Source of the DNA: Tubulanus polymorphus
Taxonomy: Eukaryota > Animalia > Nemertea
Length of the DNA stretch: 64,000 nt
Direction: 5' to 3'
Assembly (NCBI RefSeq): GCF_964204645.1
Contig: NC_134032.1
Location: 3,744,175 to 3,808,174 of the forward strand
Shown: positions 47,837 to 62,845 of the stretch, in pieces
How positions within the stretch are numbered: the first letter of the stretch is position 1
Layout: every line of letters begins with the position of its first letter
Notes under the pieces: model-generated
Database searches by the model: none
What the model was told of the DNA's origin: nothing
What the model saw: the letters and a program-made list of their open reading frames with translations, nothing else
Position numbers and translations under genes: made by a program

Positions 47837-48025
47837 TAGGCCTATCGAGTGAATTAGTACATAGACTGAATTAGACATTAGGCTTGTCCTGACCAAATCC
47901 TATCCATGTTATAATGGAACCAGTTATTAGTAACATCACTGTAGGGCCGACGAGAGGGGAAAAAGTTGTGTTTGTAGCACATAGGCATGGTAGGCTTGTC
48001 GCACTCACTTAATACTTAAAACGCT

Positions 48026-48351
48026 GTTGTTACCTGTACGTGACTGTACGGCGATTACTACAGGTTAGCCATATGTGAGTACGTTGACGCTCAGACATGC
48101 AATATTGGGATTCGAAACCAAACGAAAAAAAAAATCTAGTAGTAGTCCAGTGATTTACCCACTGTGCCACAGAACGTAACTGCAGGTTAAATGAAATTTG
48201 ATTTACAAATAGCCTAGCCTCACCTAACCCAAACTCTATTCTTTTACGCACGCGTGTTTGCAGATTATAGGAACTCACGTACGGCGTTAGTAGGGAACTC
48301 ACGTATGGTTAACCTGTGGAGATCACCGTACAGTCACGTACAGGTAACAAC
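48026..48351. mobile_element. MITE
   Basis: TIR GTTGTTACCTGTACGTGACTGTACGG/CCGTACAGTCACGTACAGGTAACAAC. Confidence 0.8.
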
Positions 48352-50318
48352 TACTTACTTAAAATGCTATTGGGTACTATATAATAGGCCTATATAGACA
48401 AATAAATACCGGTAGGCTTTCTTAGCTTCCACACTTCACAACCGAACCAACTGACCAACCAGTATATTTATTCCCAGTACGCACCAACCGGCACAGGCCT
48501 AACCCTGTTTGTCAACTGTGTGTACCGTAGTAGGCTATCGATAATCACCTGATACTTTTCTGTCGTTTGTTTTCTCTCTGAGACGAACGTAATTCTAATA
48601 GCCCTCCGCGACTCAACGACCTTGATTTAAACTTGATCAATTCAAAATCTGTTTATTGACGGTTTTGGTTACATGAACTGATCAGCAATATACTTAAATG
48701 AAATAACCGGAATAACAAGAAATCAAAAATATTAAAGATATAACCAACAAATGCCCGTAAACCTGTCAGACACGCGAACGCCGGACTCGTAAACTCTTGG
48801 ACTCGGACCCGCTGAGCAATAAATTCATAAAATTGACTTTGAAATTGATTGTGGAGAAGAGAGGGAATAATTCGATAGCTCTTCCTCATAAAGAAGAGAG
48901 AAATTTCGGAAAGAAAACACAACATGGCTACTAATTGAACGGAGCCAAATTTCCGATGTTTACGGCTCGACAGTGCCTTTATAACGTGGATTCATCAAAA
49001 TTCCCATGCAGCATCTGGAGATTGAAGTGAGCTGAATGATATCATACGGATTGTATCGGCGACAGCGGTAAGGTAAGGAAGCCTTTACACTTTTAACAAA
49101 AACTGTGTGGAAAAGGGAAAAAAAATAATCACTCGAATTTCAATAGGGTTTTCTGTGAAGAAACAGAAAACCCTAATAAATATAGCTGCAAAGCAGCGAC
49201 AACGGGTTTTCTGCAAATCCGCACCATGCCATTCAGGTTGATAGGAATTATTGAAAATTTAAATGCCGATACATGAAATATAATGTATTGACAGATTCGA
49301 ACCTAATATACAACCACTGTGTCAACGTCCAATGTTATTCAGTTTTGAAACCGAACTTACGTGGACGTAAAATCGATAAATATGAATTGATTAGACCAAG
49401 CATTTATTTTGTATCACCACGCTTAAAATATATCTGTTCTATTAAGAAACCATCTTAAGAATCGGCTGACTCAATAGGTGTTGAATACATTTACTGATAT
49501 AGTAACGTATTAGGATTTAGAACAGATTTCAAGGAATTAATCTTTTTATTGAAATATTTGAATAAATACATATATTGCATTGTGGATTCAATCGATTGAT
49601 TATGAATTGCTTTGGTCTGGGTATTGGGCCGATGTTGATTTTGGCTTTTATGGATTACTAATTCTATACTGATGAACAATTTAAACCTTGCAACACGTGC
49701 GTAAATATCAAACCTATTCCACGGGCTAATAAACTGTTAGCCACTGCAAACTATTCCAGTGTTATGTCGATTGTGTTAATCGCTTTGCTTGAGTTGAACG
49801 ATTCAGACCGTACATGATGCAACATCGGTCGAAAAGAGTTGGTGTTGACTGACTGCCCTTGACCATTTATCTTCAGGTGTTTGACATCAGCATATACCCA
49901 TGAACCGCAAAATATTCATAGAACATGAAAACCTATATACATGTATACAGTATTCAAACTTTCACTGATGTTGGATATTTGAATGAACATTGGCTTATTT
50001 CAATATTCTAAAGCACGAAATAATAAGCCCAATCAATGGGCCCTATTCCCATTGGAATAATGCGTTCAGCTGTACCGTACACTCATCTGTCGAGATTGGA
50101 GAATTCGGTATACCAAACCTACGTACAGCAAAATGTACAGGCATACATAATGATTTCTTGTTTTCTTGAATACAAGCCGTGATCACATGAACGTTTTGGA
50201 TCGAGGTTTGACTATAAATGTCAGGTCAGCAGACAAGGCCTGAGCAAAATGTAATCACATGGCTCAATTAGCCTTTGTGTGCGAATACTTTAGGTAGGGA
50301 CACACGAGCGTATTTTTT

Positions 50319-53300
50319 CACCCCTGTGAAGCTGGCTCCCGGTTCCCGGTCCCTTATTCGGCTCCCGATTCAAAATGCTGTTGCGTAACTATTTGCAGTG
50401 AATTGCAGACGAAACATGAAGCCTTAACGGCCGTTTAAAAAAAATTATACCAATTGCAATTGTAAAATAAAAATGAGATAGAACCTAAGTTAAAATTCTG
50501 GCCATTTCTAAAATGTTATTACTAATTTTTAGTCAGTGCGGAACGTTTGGTTTTCCAACAATAATGAGGGGTGGTAGGTAGTCATGCAATTCAAGTCATC
50601 ATTTATTACACGTTACTTCCGCGTTGTTGAAAATCTCGCGAGTCCTGGACCAAACCCCATTGAACAATGTGATCTGTGTGCTGGCCACAAATGCACACAG
50701 ATCACACTACACTACCCATTACAAACTCCAGTACCCACAGCTTTCATATATCCATCCAAATATTTAGAGTGTCTTTCTTCCTGGGTTTAAGAACGTGTGT
50801 ATTGCTCAGTCGTTTTTCTCGTCACCGAATCGACTTCTTCATCTGTTATTCGCCTCTTTAATCATTTAATCAATAAACCATCGATTGTTCCCGCGCTATA
50901 GGGTATTGATTAGTCAGCACTGAAAGGGTTAACAAGAGAGAAAGTTTCTAACGAAAGTTATCGAATCCCCAAGAAAATAATATCTGCAAGCACATGAAAT
51001 TGTAAGATATAAAATAAACAGACGCTTTCTGCCCGCCGTATAAATCACCCTTCATGCAGGGTAAATCCATTGTCAAAGATGAAAAAACAATCACTTCAAT
51101 ATTCTATTAAACTTAATATTTTCCTATCTATCAAATTCCATAGAAAACATAAAAGAACATTTTTCTCATCCCTAAACCGAAAATAGCTGGAAATGAGAGC
51201 GCACACAAAAATTCTAATCCAATAGTTACCACGGTTGCGTGGTAAAACAAAGAGACCACTAACATTGGCGCAGAGATAAGATGGTTGTTTAGACGTCTCA
51301 ATTGCAAAATGTGAAGCTGGCTACTTATTCGATTCGACTCAATTGCGGACAGCAGGTAAACATAATTACGTAACTATGTCTGCTGAAATGAGTGCAACCT
51401 TGACCTCGGCCACCAGGCTAATCGAGACGTCTAAAATTAACACCACGCGTGTGACGATTTCCTCCCGATTCAAAATTATTTTGAATCGGGAGCCGAACCA
51501 GTAGCCGCTTCCCGGTTCCCGGTTCAAAACCATTTTGAATCGGGAGCCGAACCGGGAACCGGGAACCGGTAGCCGGCTACTGGTTCGGCTCCCGATTCAA
51601 AATGTGAAGCTGGCTACTTATTCGATTCGACTCTATTGCGGACAGCAGGTAAACATAATTACGTAACTATGTCTGCTGAAATGAGTGCAACCTGACCTCG
51701 GCCACCAGGCTAATAGAGACGTCTGAATTAAAAACACGCGTGTGACTTCAATATACACAGTTACTAGGCAACTATATTCTATACTATAAGCGGCTAAGCA
51801 ATAGCGTATTAACTTTGTAGCGTGTAATATCCGTTCGTGTGGCTTCGATTAAGCGTTGAGTGGTATGGATTAAAAGAGGATGGTCTGATCTGTGTTTATG
51901 AATAGATTTCGTGCCGATACGATAAAGTTTAGGTAGACTTTTCTACCATTAAGTTTGGACTTTCCGCGTGACGTCACTGCGCGCGATGATGAAAACAAAC
52001 ATTTGCGCGATGTGAGCGTCAGCTGTTGCTCGATGACCACAGAGGCGTCGGTGACCTAATTTCATTTTGTCTGCCTACAGAGACGCGGATGACGTCAATT
52101 CTGGGGAATGTAATAGTGGAGAATACTGCAATGTGAGCATCATCGGTCTGATACGAGAAAGATGTACTGCATGAGTTGTTATATGTTGCTAGTTCTTCTG
52201 CCCTGGGCCCGGTTTAGGTGATAATTCTAATGGAAAATGCTTAATTCGGGTTAGTTAATTGGTTTACCTTTGTCAGCGATATGAAGTTGGCTATTGAAAT
52301 GTGTATTGAAATATTGTCAACATATTTGAAAATCATTTTCAATCGGGAGCCGAATCGGGAACCGGTAGCCGGCTCCCGGTTCCCGGCTCCCAATTCAAAA
52401 TGTGAAGCTGGCTACTTATTCGATTCGACTCTATTGCGGACAGGTACATGTTATGATTGCGTAACTATGGTGTCCGCTCTCAAGTGCTAGCCGCAACCTT
52501 GACCACCAGTCGAGACGAGGCCAATCGAGACGTCTAAACACATCGCGCAACCAGGTGTGCTGACCGCGAGCGTTGCCCGGAGCGTTGACATGCACTTTGA
52601 CTCAGTAACTCATAATATCTTCTTTCATTCATTGAAGGTTTTGTGAAATAAGCGAAATCCTCGGAAATTTCTTTCCTTTTAAAGGCCGAGGAGTATGGAT
52701 GCTAGTTAACCGGGTGGCAAACACTTGAAATGGGGCGTCCCACTTTTACAGTATCTTGTTTAAGCGAGGTTGGCTCGCAACAGAAAAGCAGGTCACACAC
52801 AGTTAAATTTGACAAATTCATAAAAGTTTTCATAACAAGTTCTAAACTAATTTTAAATAATCTAGTCATAGTGGGAATGAAAATCTGATGCTAGCGATCT
52901 TTTTTTGTAGAGATAGGGCCAAGATTAAAGATTTTAGAGACATTTCAAATTTTTTGAAAATCATTATTTTTTATCCAATTTCGATGAAATTTGGACCCCT
53001 GTGAAGCTGGCTCCCGGCTCCCGGTTCCCGGTTCCCGATTCAAAATGCTTTTGAATCGGGAGCAGAACGGGGAACAGGGAGCCGGCTACTGCTTCGGCTA
53101 CCGATTCAGGTTTTGAATCGGGAGCCGAATCGGGAACCGGGAACTGGGAGCCGGCTACTGGTTCGGCTCCCGATTCAAAAATGTGGAGCTGGCTACTTAT
53201 TCGCCAGGTGGCGCTGGTATACACTATGCCAGACATTTCACGTAACTACGTAAATGTCTACTCTGCTGATAAACAATGTCGACCTCGACCTTGACAACAA

Positions 53301-53720
53301 ATCACCAGGTGATGGCGCGAGCCAACCCAGACGTCTAAACACGATTGCGTATGCGACCGCGAGAGCGGTCAGCTGTATGTAGCTTTTATACGTCAGTAAG
53401 CTGCGTCTATTAATAACATAACTTGGTTTAAGAACGTGTGTATTGCTCGGTCGTTTTTCTCGTCACCGAATCGACTTCTTCATATGTTATTCGCCTCTTT
53501 AATCAATTAACCATCGATTGTTCCCGAGCCCTTAACAACAGAGAAAGTTTCTAACGAAAGTTATCGAATCCCCTCACCAAGAAATCAATATCTGCAAGCC
53601 CATGAAATTGAAAGATATAAAATAAACAGATGCTTTCTGCCCGCCTATGTATAAAATTCCATAGAAAAGAACATTTTTCTCATCCCTAAACCGAAAATGG
53701 CCGGAAATGAGAGCGCACAT
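50319..53720. repeat. Composite repeat region (GAATCGGGAGCC/GGGAACC palindromic arrays and duplicated blocks)
   Basis: CCCTGTGAAGCTGGCTCCCGG at about 50321 and 52997; 51305-51450 resembles 51600-51745; 50785-51205 resembles 53425-53720. Confidence 0.75.
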
Positions 53721-56083
53721 AAATACGTATAGATAACTCATAGATAATAGACAAAGCTTTTTATAATAATGATAACGTGGTTAGCCTTGGTTCTTGTAGC
53801 CCCAAACATTCAGAAATGTGAACATCGAATTTGTCAATCCTCAAGAAATGAATCAGTGCTCTTCCACATCATTCCATGATTTCATGTTCGATTGGAAACG
53901 ATTTTGTTGTTTTCGCACCTCTTCGTAAATGAATGTATATATCTTTTTTCATCTATCTTATAATCTTTATTCTCTTTTGGTATTTTGACTTTATTTGCGT
54001 CTTAATTTAGCCCTTCGTTACCGTATATCCACTATGTTATGTTTAAAATTCTCATGTCTTTATACATTGAAAACATTGAATTGTCAACGACTTGCTGATT
54101 AACTATTATTTACAATATTTCTTAATTGATTGTGATCAACTTTCTTCACGATCCAGTTAGATAGAATGCTAAAAACATGATAACTTTGTTGCACTGTTTA
54201 CATTAAGGATGAAATTTACGTTAATTTCGCTTATTACACAATGAATGCAAGAAGATGTATATGTATATATTTATGAGGTTCACACCTGTAGCATATTTTA
54301 TAAAGTAACCTATTTCCATAGCTAGATATTAAAATAGACGCAACTTCGTTACGTGTAGTAACCGCTCGCGGTCAGTAGATATGCTTACGCAATCGTGTTT
54401 GGACGTCATGATAGGCTTGCGCCATCACCTGGCGATTTGTTGTGTCCATGTATTCGATTGACCGCGGTCGTGGTCAACGTTGTTGATGTTTAATGTTCAA
54501 TGTTTAATGTTTGGCTAACCGTTTTATCAGATAGAGGAGAGCGCCACCTAGCGAATAAGTAACAAGAAATAGATCAGACATTTCAATAGGTAACAAGGCT
54601 CTTGAGGGGTAATGAGAGGTCACCTGTATTTGATACTAGAGGACGCACCTTACTGCAACCATAGTGTTGGGTCAAGTGTTTAAGTGAAGTCTAAGTGGTT
54701 GGATTAGAACTACAGATTAACGGTTAATTGTAAATCACATCAGCCGTCATCACACAGAGGCCAATTGGGCACGGGCCAAATTGGCCGTGGAACAGGCTAC
54801 CGCCAAAAACTTGGCCCCGTGCCTGAACACACGTGAACCACGCTCACCGGATACTACAAAAAAAGCAACTAGAGGACTAAAAGTCCTGAGGCTCGAAAAA
54901 TATCAGAAATTCAAAGGGTGTCCCCCTTTCGAGTTTAGAACTTTACATTCCGTGGTATTATACCGGTACCTTCTGAAACATGGCCATGGCCGCGACTGCA
55001 CATCAATACCTGGCATTGGGATTTTCCGTGTTACACTTATATATACATGTACAACGTAAGGTAAACGGAGATCGGGAAAACACAAACAATGAACGCTTTT
55101 ACGGCCGCAAAATGTGATCTACCGATCTCAGAAAAATTATGTGACCCAAGCCTCAATAACCCTCATCCCCCTAAATCTCTACATACATATTTCCACTGCT
55201 CTCTGGAATGATGAGATACAAGAATAGAAATCGACATCAGTAGCACCAAAGCTAACCGTACCATTTTTTCTCACTACTTGAAATAAAATATGCGCAAAGC
55301 CAGAGAAAAATTTGCGATTTAGTGAGAGATGAATATAATGCAACACTCATCATCGATTCGACACAGCAGTTGCAGGCCTGATTGGTCGATTGATGCGCGC
55401 GGGCAGTATCTTATCTTCAAGCACAAAACTATCGTATTGTTTCCAATAATTAATTGTTACATGTTTACACTCTTTGCGTAAAAGTAACGACACATTAGAA
55501 TTTCTTCCGGAAAGCAAAGAAAAATTAGGTGACAATTGGAACTATTTAATTTCGCGCATTGAAACATACATACGCTTTAAGCGGCGTGATCAGTACGCAC
55601 GATAGGGACCATTACCTTGCAACAAAGCTACATCAAATTTATATGCATTTAAAGCCATTGCAATGCAAGAGACAAATACGTGTAAATCAATCTATAACTT
55701 TAGACAATCTTCAATGTTTGACCGGAGTTTTTGTTGACCTTTTTACTTAACTGGAAAAGTCAATATCCTTAGATCAGTTATAGATCCAACTTAGATTTTA
55801 CAGGTCCTGTGTTGTAAACGGTTATAGAACCAAAGCATAATTCCACTGGCCTAATGCTGTTGGAATCTAGAAGAACCTCAATGAGTTAAGACTTGTCTCA
55901 AGTTGTTAGGTTTGGAGCCAACATTTCCATTATTAGGTTTTAAGTTGTTAACTGGCAAAAGGACCAAAGCATCTCATCAATTGTGTGTTTGTTTTATTCA
56001 ATACATATATATCATTTTATTGACAGGTCAAATTTATCACATGAAATTCAAGCTTAAAATCCCGTACTATTATTTTTCTAAAG

Positions 56084-56223
56084 GTGCTGTAAAGTGCACG
56101 ACGATTGTTACGGTCGTATTAGCAACAACGAATGTAAAAGCAAGAGTTTTTGGGACATTCTGTTTACTTCAGTTTATCTGAATAGATACGCGTGGAAAAT
56201 GCAAAATGGCGCGATCATTTGCG
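56084..56223 (+). CDS. Secreted phospholipase A2, catalytic exon
   Basis: AG/GT-bounded 140-nt exon translating CCKVHDDCYGRISNNECK...GAIIC (CCxxHDxCY motif); absent from the ORF track. Confidence 0.88.
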
Positions 56224-56875
56224 GTACGTATATCCAACCAGAGATATCTTAACGTCGATAGTGCCGATCACTTAAACCCGATTGTTGCACTTAGCGTTTT
56301 GAAATTACGTACTTTACTCAAATTCAATATAAGATAAGTACCGACGTTTACACGGTACATTTGAGGAGAACACTGACAACACAATCTGAGTCCGTGTTGC
56401 AAAGATGGTACAAAACCCAACATTGAAAATAAAAACAGCCTGAACCCTTTCGCTGGGCACTATTTGAATACTCCATGAGCAATAAATCTGTGTTTATATC
56501 TATTTTGATTTCAAAATGAATTCATACGGTTTTTTAATGAAGAAAGACTCATCAAACTAGTATCGGTTATGATGCTAGTTGTATGAGCTATAAACGACGA
56601 TACAATGTTTGGTACACAAAGTTTGAACATCAAGGTAACCAGTGACTTAGATCTCGATGTTAATTTTAGTTCACGTCTTTGTTTACATGAATTAGTTTTA
56701 TAATAATAGAAAACATTGTAAGCACTTTCAATGAGTATTAGAGCATTTCAACGACTGTAAGACATCCGTATAGCAAACTGATGACGTTTTAGCAGTCAGG
56801 TGGCTAGTTTGACATCTAGTGGAAATTAGGTTAATAGGTCAAGTGTCACGTGTCAGGGGACTTCGCCGATATCTA

Positions 56876-59140
56876 CACTGTAAAAAGTATTTCCGTAAGT
56901 TAACGGCTAAAAGCCGTAATTTGACGTTGCAGCAGTGTTTCCGGAAATAAATCCGTATATACTGATTCACCGTTTAAGAACGGCATGGATGGTCAACGGA
57001 TTGAGAACCGTATTTCCGTCATTATACGGTACACTTTACGGGCCAGACCAGAAACTGATCCCTTTTATAACGGTAGAGATCCGTAAATAGACGTTTGTAA
57101 AACCGCTCCCAAACGGTGTGAAATCCTCAAATACTTGACCTGTAGAGAGTTCGTCCTTCCAGGGTTCGAACCGATATACTACTCCAGTTGCTGAAACCTG
57201 GCTCGCGTGACGGTGCTTGCCAACTACCACTGAACATGTATGCAGCAAGGGCAATCTTGTCTCAATCAAATCAGATACGAAAACATAAAAAAATGTAATA
57301 TAATGGAAATATATTTTCCAGGTGTTTCTACCCATTGAATTATATACATAAGATCACATTTCTCAATTGCACAATATCTTAATATTTGCACTCATTACTT
57401 GTCTCAAAAGATATGGTAAAAAAATCCATCAATATTTGGCTGAGGAAAATATCATTTGATTACTATCCACGACTTTAATTGTAGGTACATAATTATTTGA
57501 TAGAGAAAAAATTGGCTCTTAACAAATTATTCTTTAAAACTATTATACATGGGATAAAATAAAGTAAAGCTTTGGCTACTTTGGTTTGAAACTTAGCACT
57601 AAAAAAAATCCAGCTTAAAGCATAATCAGCACCGACTGTCCATCTGTACTGTTTGATTCAACAACATCAAATTCATTTTTCAAAATGTAATTATTCAGAA
57701 ACACTATATATGATCAAAATGAAGCAGATTACTTTCCTTAATACATGTACACTGTATCAAGTTTAATGGTCTCATGTATGCCTTGAAAAATTAAGCAGAT
57801 AAAATATTCAAAGTATTTTAAGTACAACTCAATATAGATGCTAGATTGGGTAAATAACTGTTTACATAATGGCAAAATACCATGAATGAAATATATGATT
57901 GTATGATAGTTTAGAACCACCATTCTATAAAATTGATTGGTATTACATCTGTTGATGCCCAAGCTAGGCAGCCTTGGATTTAGTACATCCTCCTGGGTCG
58001 TATCGAACAATGAAACGCGTAATGGAATACTGGCTATCTTTTTACTTCTGGATAGTAGTTCAAACCGAAGTATCGGTACACGCACCCTCGCCTGCCAGGG
58101 GTCCTGTATCGCCCGCGAACTCGCTTCCACCCCCTGGACTCACGACGCGTGATTTCATTACTGGCGCTTTTGCACATGACGTCATGTATCAACTTGCGAA
58201 ATAGTTCCTTGTTCGCCCAAAGTTCGCTGATTGGTCCATTTAACGGGAATTCCAACAGAAGCCTCATGTCATTTGTTATCGGTACAACCAGATTCTGGTC
58301 GGCCATTTATATACCAACGACTCGCGAGGTGACGTGAACCGTGATGATGTATTGCTAACTATCGATCTTTACTGTAACAGAGAAAATGCAAAAAGTACAT
58401 GATCTTAAATTTAATTGCCACCCTGCGACAGTGATGGTCTTGGTGAAAGCATTGTCACTAACCCAAGGGCAGTTCTGGGTTTACTGCAAGATCCTGGGCA
58501 TAGGTGTATAGGCCTACCTATTCTTCTTGTTCCCATTTTGACAGTGAACAATAGCAAAGGAACAATGTCGAAGGATCATGACATCAAAATGACACTGTCC
58601 AACCGACAGGCAAAGCCAAATTTGTATTATTCTTAGCTTCTTCGATAAGTTCATGGGCCGTTTTGGTATCAAACAAACACACACACATTGTACTTCAATG
58701 ATTCCACTGCATCAAACAATAAATCATGGTTTAAAAAGCAATTTACCTGCTAAAAGTTTGCTGTCATCCTCAGTGGTACCCACCATTTTGAAATTGTGGT
58801 GTGAAACGCGAAAAAAACCGTCAAATGACGATTTTAACACCGTGCTAAACCGGCAACAACCGTCCATAGACGGTTCCATATCCGTCACTAATTTTAGGTC
58901 GGGACGAAAAACGTTGTTCAACGGCATCACCGATTTTAAACGGTTTCATACGTCTATTCACGGATTGGACGGTTCCAAAACCGTATATTGACTGAAATTA
59001 AGTCGTATGAAAGGTACGACGTGGTCATTGCCGTATAATAGCGGAAAACGCCGTTAATTGACGACCTTCTCCGTCCTCAGACGTTTTTAAACCGCACCTT
59101 TACGGGAAAACGGGAATTTACCGTTTTACTTTTTACAGTG
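56876..59140. mobile_element. Non-autonomous EnSpm/CACTA-type element in the PLA2 intron
   Basis: TIR CACTGTAAAAAGTA/TACTTTTTACAGTG, TA on both sides, many subterminal CCGT/ACGG repeats. Confidence 0.85.
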
Positions 59141-59489
59141 TATCGGATTACATCGTCACAACCCAAATGATATCGCCAGTGAAAGGGCGAAGCAGATGAT
59201 ATGAAATTTGACACGTCAAGAACTGCAATGTGTCGTTAAACTAATAGACTATTCGGCGTTTGTAATTAAGCTCATGAGATCTTATGATTCAATTCCATAT
59301 TAAGAGCATTTTTTTGTGAAGATTCTTTTGAGCTAAGTCCAAACGTCGAGATGACTATATAATGATGAAGTCGAAACGTGGAATGAAGTATTACCTGGAA
59401 AATATTGAGAACGCTTTAAGCCGTAACAATACTCTGTGAATGTGTTTATCAATTCGATAATTAACAATATACATCATATTTTCTACTAG

Positions 59490-59632
59490 AATCAAGAAAT
59501 AACAGATGTGATATGGTACTGTGCCAATGCGACAAGACTGCCGCCGAGTGCTTCAAGAAAAACTTACGATTTTACAACCCGGCCAGAAAATCGTCGAGTC
59601 ACTTGGATAAATTCATCCACGCGTTCTACTAA
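59490..59632 (+). CDS. Secreted phospholipase A2, last exon
   Basis: After TTCTACTAG; phase-compatible with the previous exon; (E)SRNNRCDMVLCQCDKTAAECFKKNLRFYNP...FY*. Confidence 0.88.
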
Positions 59633-62564
59633 AATGATGACTTTACGTCAAAAATGTAATATTTTGCCATAAATACATATTGAGTCTATGTCACCAGGTC
59701 ATCATCAAACGTTTGTTTGTGTCTCTAGGATCTTTCAATTTGTGCTCGTCTATAAGTTACCTCAGTGAAGTTGGTTACTTGTTCCTTATTCCCTTACTGA
59801 GTTCTCTACGTTTGCGAGGTCGTTCCATGGCTCCTCTGTAGCCTGTTGTCAATGATTATCACTTGTGAATTGCCTACCAATCGATGCATTGTTTCACTGC
59901 GATTTTCACAAGAATTAAAATTTTCTCTAATCTCTAAAATCATTCATTCTCGCACTTAGGAAGAAATTGGATTTCAATGGATTTCAAATTCATTCGATGA
60001 TAACGTAACCACGCAAAATGCCCTTGTTTCTCATCTGCCTTCTGAAAACGTGAGGAAGGCGGTAAGTTTTTAGCTCTACCTCCATTTAAAAAAGCAGAAA
60101 TAACGAGACAATTAATTTTAATGAATTATTTGACGCCTGCAAAAATTAATGTAGGACTTTTGGGATAAGCTAACGTGGCAAATTGCAAATTTGAAATCGA
60201 AGTTTTAAGAAATATGGGGAATTGTGAGATTTGGCGATTGGGTAGCAGGTCGACCGGGCTAAATCCCGGCCGGGGACTGCCACTCGATCCTCTTGAGTCT
60301 GGGTTAAAGTAGACACAGTAGATTTTTATGCTATGAATATACAGATGCGAGCGAACGAATAAGTAAATGTACTAATATAGGCACTAATTAGACACTGGCC
60401 AGTCCGGCAGTGCGTGAAAACAAGTTGTTTTATGAGGAGATGAGGGGAGTTTTTGATTTTCCTAAGAAGGGGACAAAAGGTACGACAATGGGCTGCTATA
60501 TCGTGACAACGGCTTTTGGTCGAACTGAAAATATCAAGTTTTACATTTTACTTACAGTGACGCTAAGTGAATAAGTGTATTTCTAGCTAGCGTACAGCTA
60601 TATAGCACCCTGAGATTTCCGCATCGCAAGCCCTGGGTAACTACGTAAAAATTCCTTAAGTCGACGATCAGGAAGCAACGACGAGAAAACGTTCTTAAAA
60701 CTTCAAACCGTAAATTTCACTTTATTTTCTTCGATATATCGGAGAGACGAGGCTGGACATCCAACCCGCTCATAAGCTACAACTCGAATCTCTGATGTCC
60801 TTCAACAAATTTTCAACCAGGATACTATCACATAAGACACCAAGGGTGGCAGAGACCAGAAGGCAGTTACCAAAACAATACAAACTGACTGACACTTCAA
60901 GTAGATTTCTAAAACAAACAAACAGTCCGACACCCCAAAACTGACTAACATCCTGCCCCCTTAGTAACAACAATGAAAATAAGACAATAATTGTAAAATA
61001 AGAAATAGAATTCATAACTAGACCTAAAAATGCTCTGTTAATTTAGACTAAATTTAGTTAAATATCTACGGTGTTATAGATATAAGACGTTTCAGATACG
61101 ATAAATTTCCTTGAATGAAACGGTGATTGTGGTGTGTGTGATCTAGAACCCTCTCAAACTTACGATTCACATCAATTTGAGTAGATTTGTATTCTATGAA
61201 TGTCCAGATGCAATAGAACGAATGAGTAGATGTACTTATATAGGCACAGATCATTAGCCACTGGCCAGTCCGGCACCGATAAAAGGTCAAGCCTACTATT
61301 TATTTGCATATTTAATTAGTAATGAAACAGTTATCAAGTAACTTGAATATATTGTTAAAGTTATTCAAAGATATTACAATTTCTATCATTTCTGTATCAT
61401 ATGCCCCTCCTTTCACAGATTCGACCGAGAATCGTTCAAAAACTGTACATACATCATCAAATGGCAAGAGCAAAATTATATTTCAAAAAAATCGCAGAAA
61501 ACAAAAAACGTATATGCGAAAGGATGCGTAATAAGACTGATCAATCGAGGGGATGACTACACTACTACATTTATGATATGACTTGCGGATGATATCGAAA
61601 CTACAAAATAGAAAATAGAGAGGTAACTACCGAATAAATAACATCTTTTCAGCGCTCCCCGGTCCGTACCACAAATATATAGCACTCGGTTATCTAAATG
61701 GTTATCTAAATGATCTCAAAAAACATGTCACTATAACAGTTTATATCTAATCTGGACCGAATTCCACGTTCTTGAAATATTTATGTTACTGTATATTGAA
61801 ACAGATCTCTATAGAACCTAATCAAGAGCTGTGTAACCAGGAGAACTTTTCAATCATATCAGCGTTTTTACTTACAAGAACAACCGTGCAAACATAAAAC
61901 ACAGGTTCAAATCTCAAACAATGAGAACAAATCTGCTTCAAAATCACGAGGAATTCAAATAAACAGAAAACCTGTGATCTTATTCATTTTCAATTACTAA
62001 TTTTTTATACAGCGCGATCTGAATCTAGCTACATTTAAAACCTCGATATTATTTTGGGTTCATTGGATTAAACATTTTCAAAACTTCAAGTCGACCCATT
62101 AAATGTAGCCATCTGAAAATAAACATCACCGATCAAGCCTTTGAAAGAAATGCCATGTTCTATGGCACAACTTTCCCATATTATAAACCAGGGGTACACC
62201 TCCAATTCGTGACTTTGGAATATAATGTGATTGAACGTCATTTAGGACTGTGCTCTCGCTCATCTTACTTTTTGAACAATTTCGTTTTAGGTCAGTGTGT
62301 TACTAGACCGGGTGTTGAAGATAGATTTTTTAAACAAAAATTTTTTGATTTCACTTCAATCGCGTGGACCGAAACAACAGCCGACATGGCTATATCAATA
62401 TATCACGTGACAGAGGCATGGTTGAATATTGGTCCGTGAAAATTCAATTTTACTGCATTTCAGTGTCTTAGTAGAAGACACGGAGCAGTAGTGTCCGTAC
62501 ATTTTTCATACAGTTTCGTCATATCAAGAGGTATGTTGTTTAGATCTTTTCAATGTCGAGAGGT

Positions 62565-62845
62565 GTGAACTGTCCGATAGCGGGTGAACTGCCCGATAAC
62601 TAGCGAACAGTCTGACAGCTAGTGGGCTATCTGACGGCTTGCGGGCTGTCAGACAGCTATCAGCTGTCTGACAGCTAGTGGACTGTCTGCTAGTCAGCTT
62701 TCTGGTAGCTAGTGAAATGTTTGATAGCTGTCTGGCAGCAAGGGAGCTGTCTGATAAATAGGGAACTGCCTGAGAGCTAGTGAGCTCTTTGATAGCTAAA
62801 ATGTACTGTATGATATCGCGCGAACTGTGAGAGAGCTACCGGTAG
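62565..62845. repeat. Degenerate minisatellite of about 20 bp
   Basis: GTGAACTGTCYGAYAGCTA-like units. Confidence 0.7.

Noticed and set aside
52694-52705. TATGGATGC (YGC) as the PLA2 calcium-loop exon
   Set aside because: Followed immediately by TAG and lacks the CGxGG continuation
57036-58991. Short ORFs inside the EnSpm element as a transposase
   Set aside because: No recognisable transposase motifs; short and scattered over both strands
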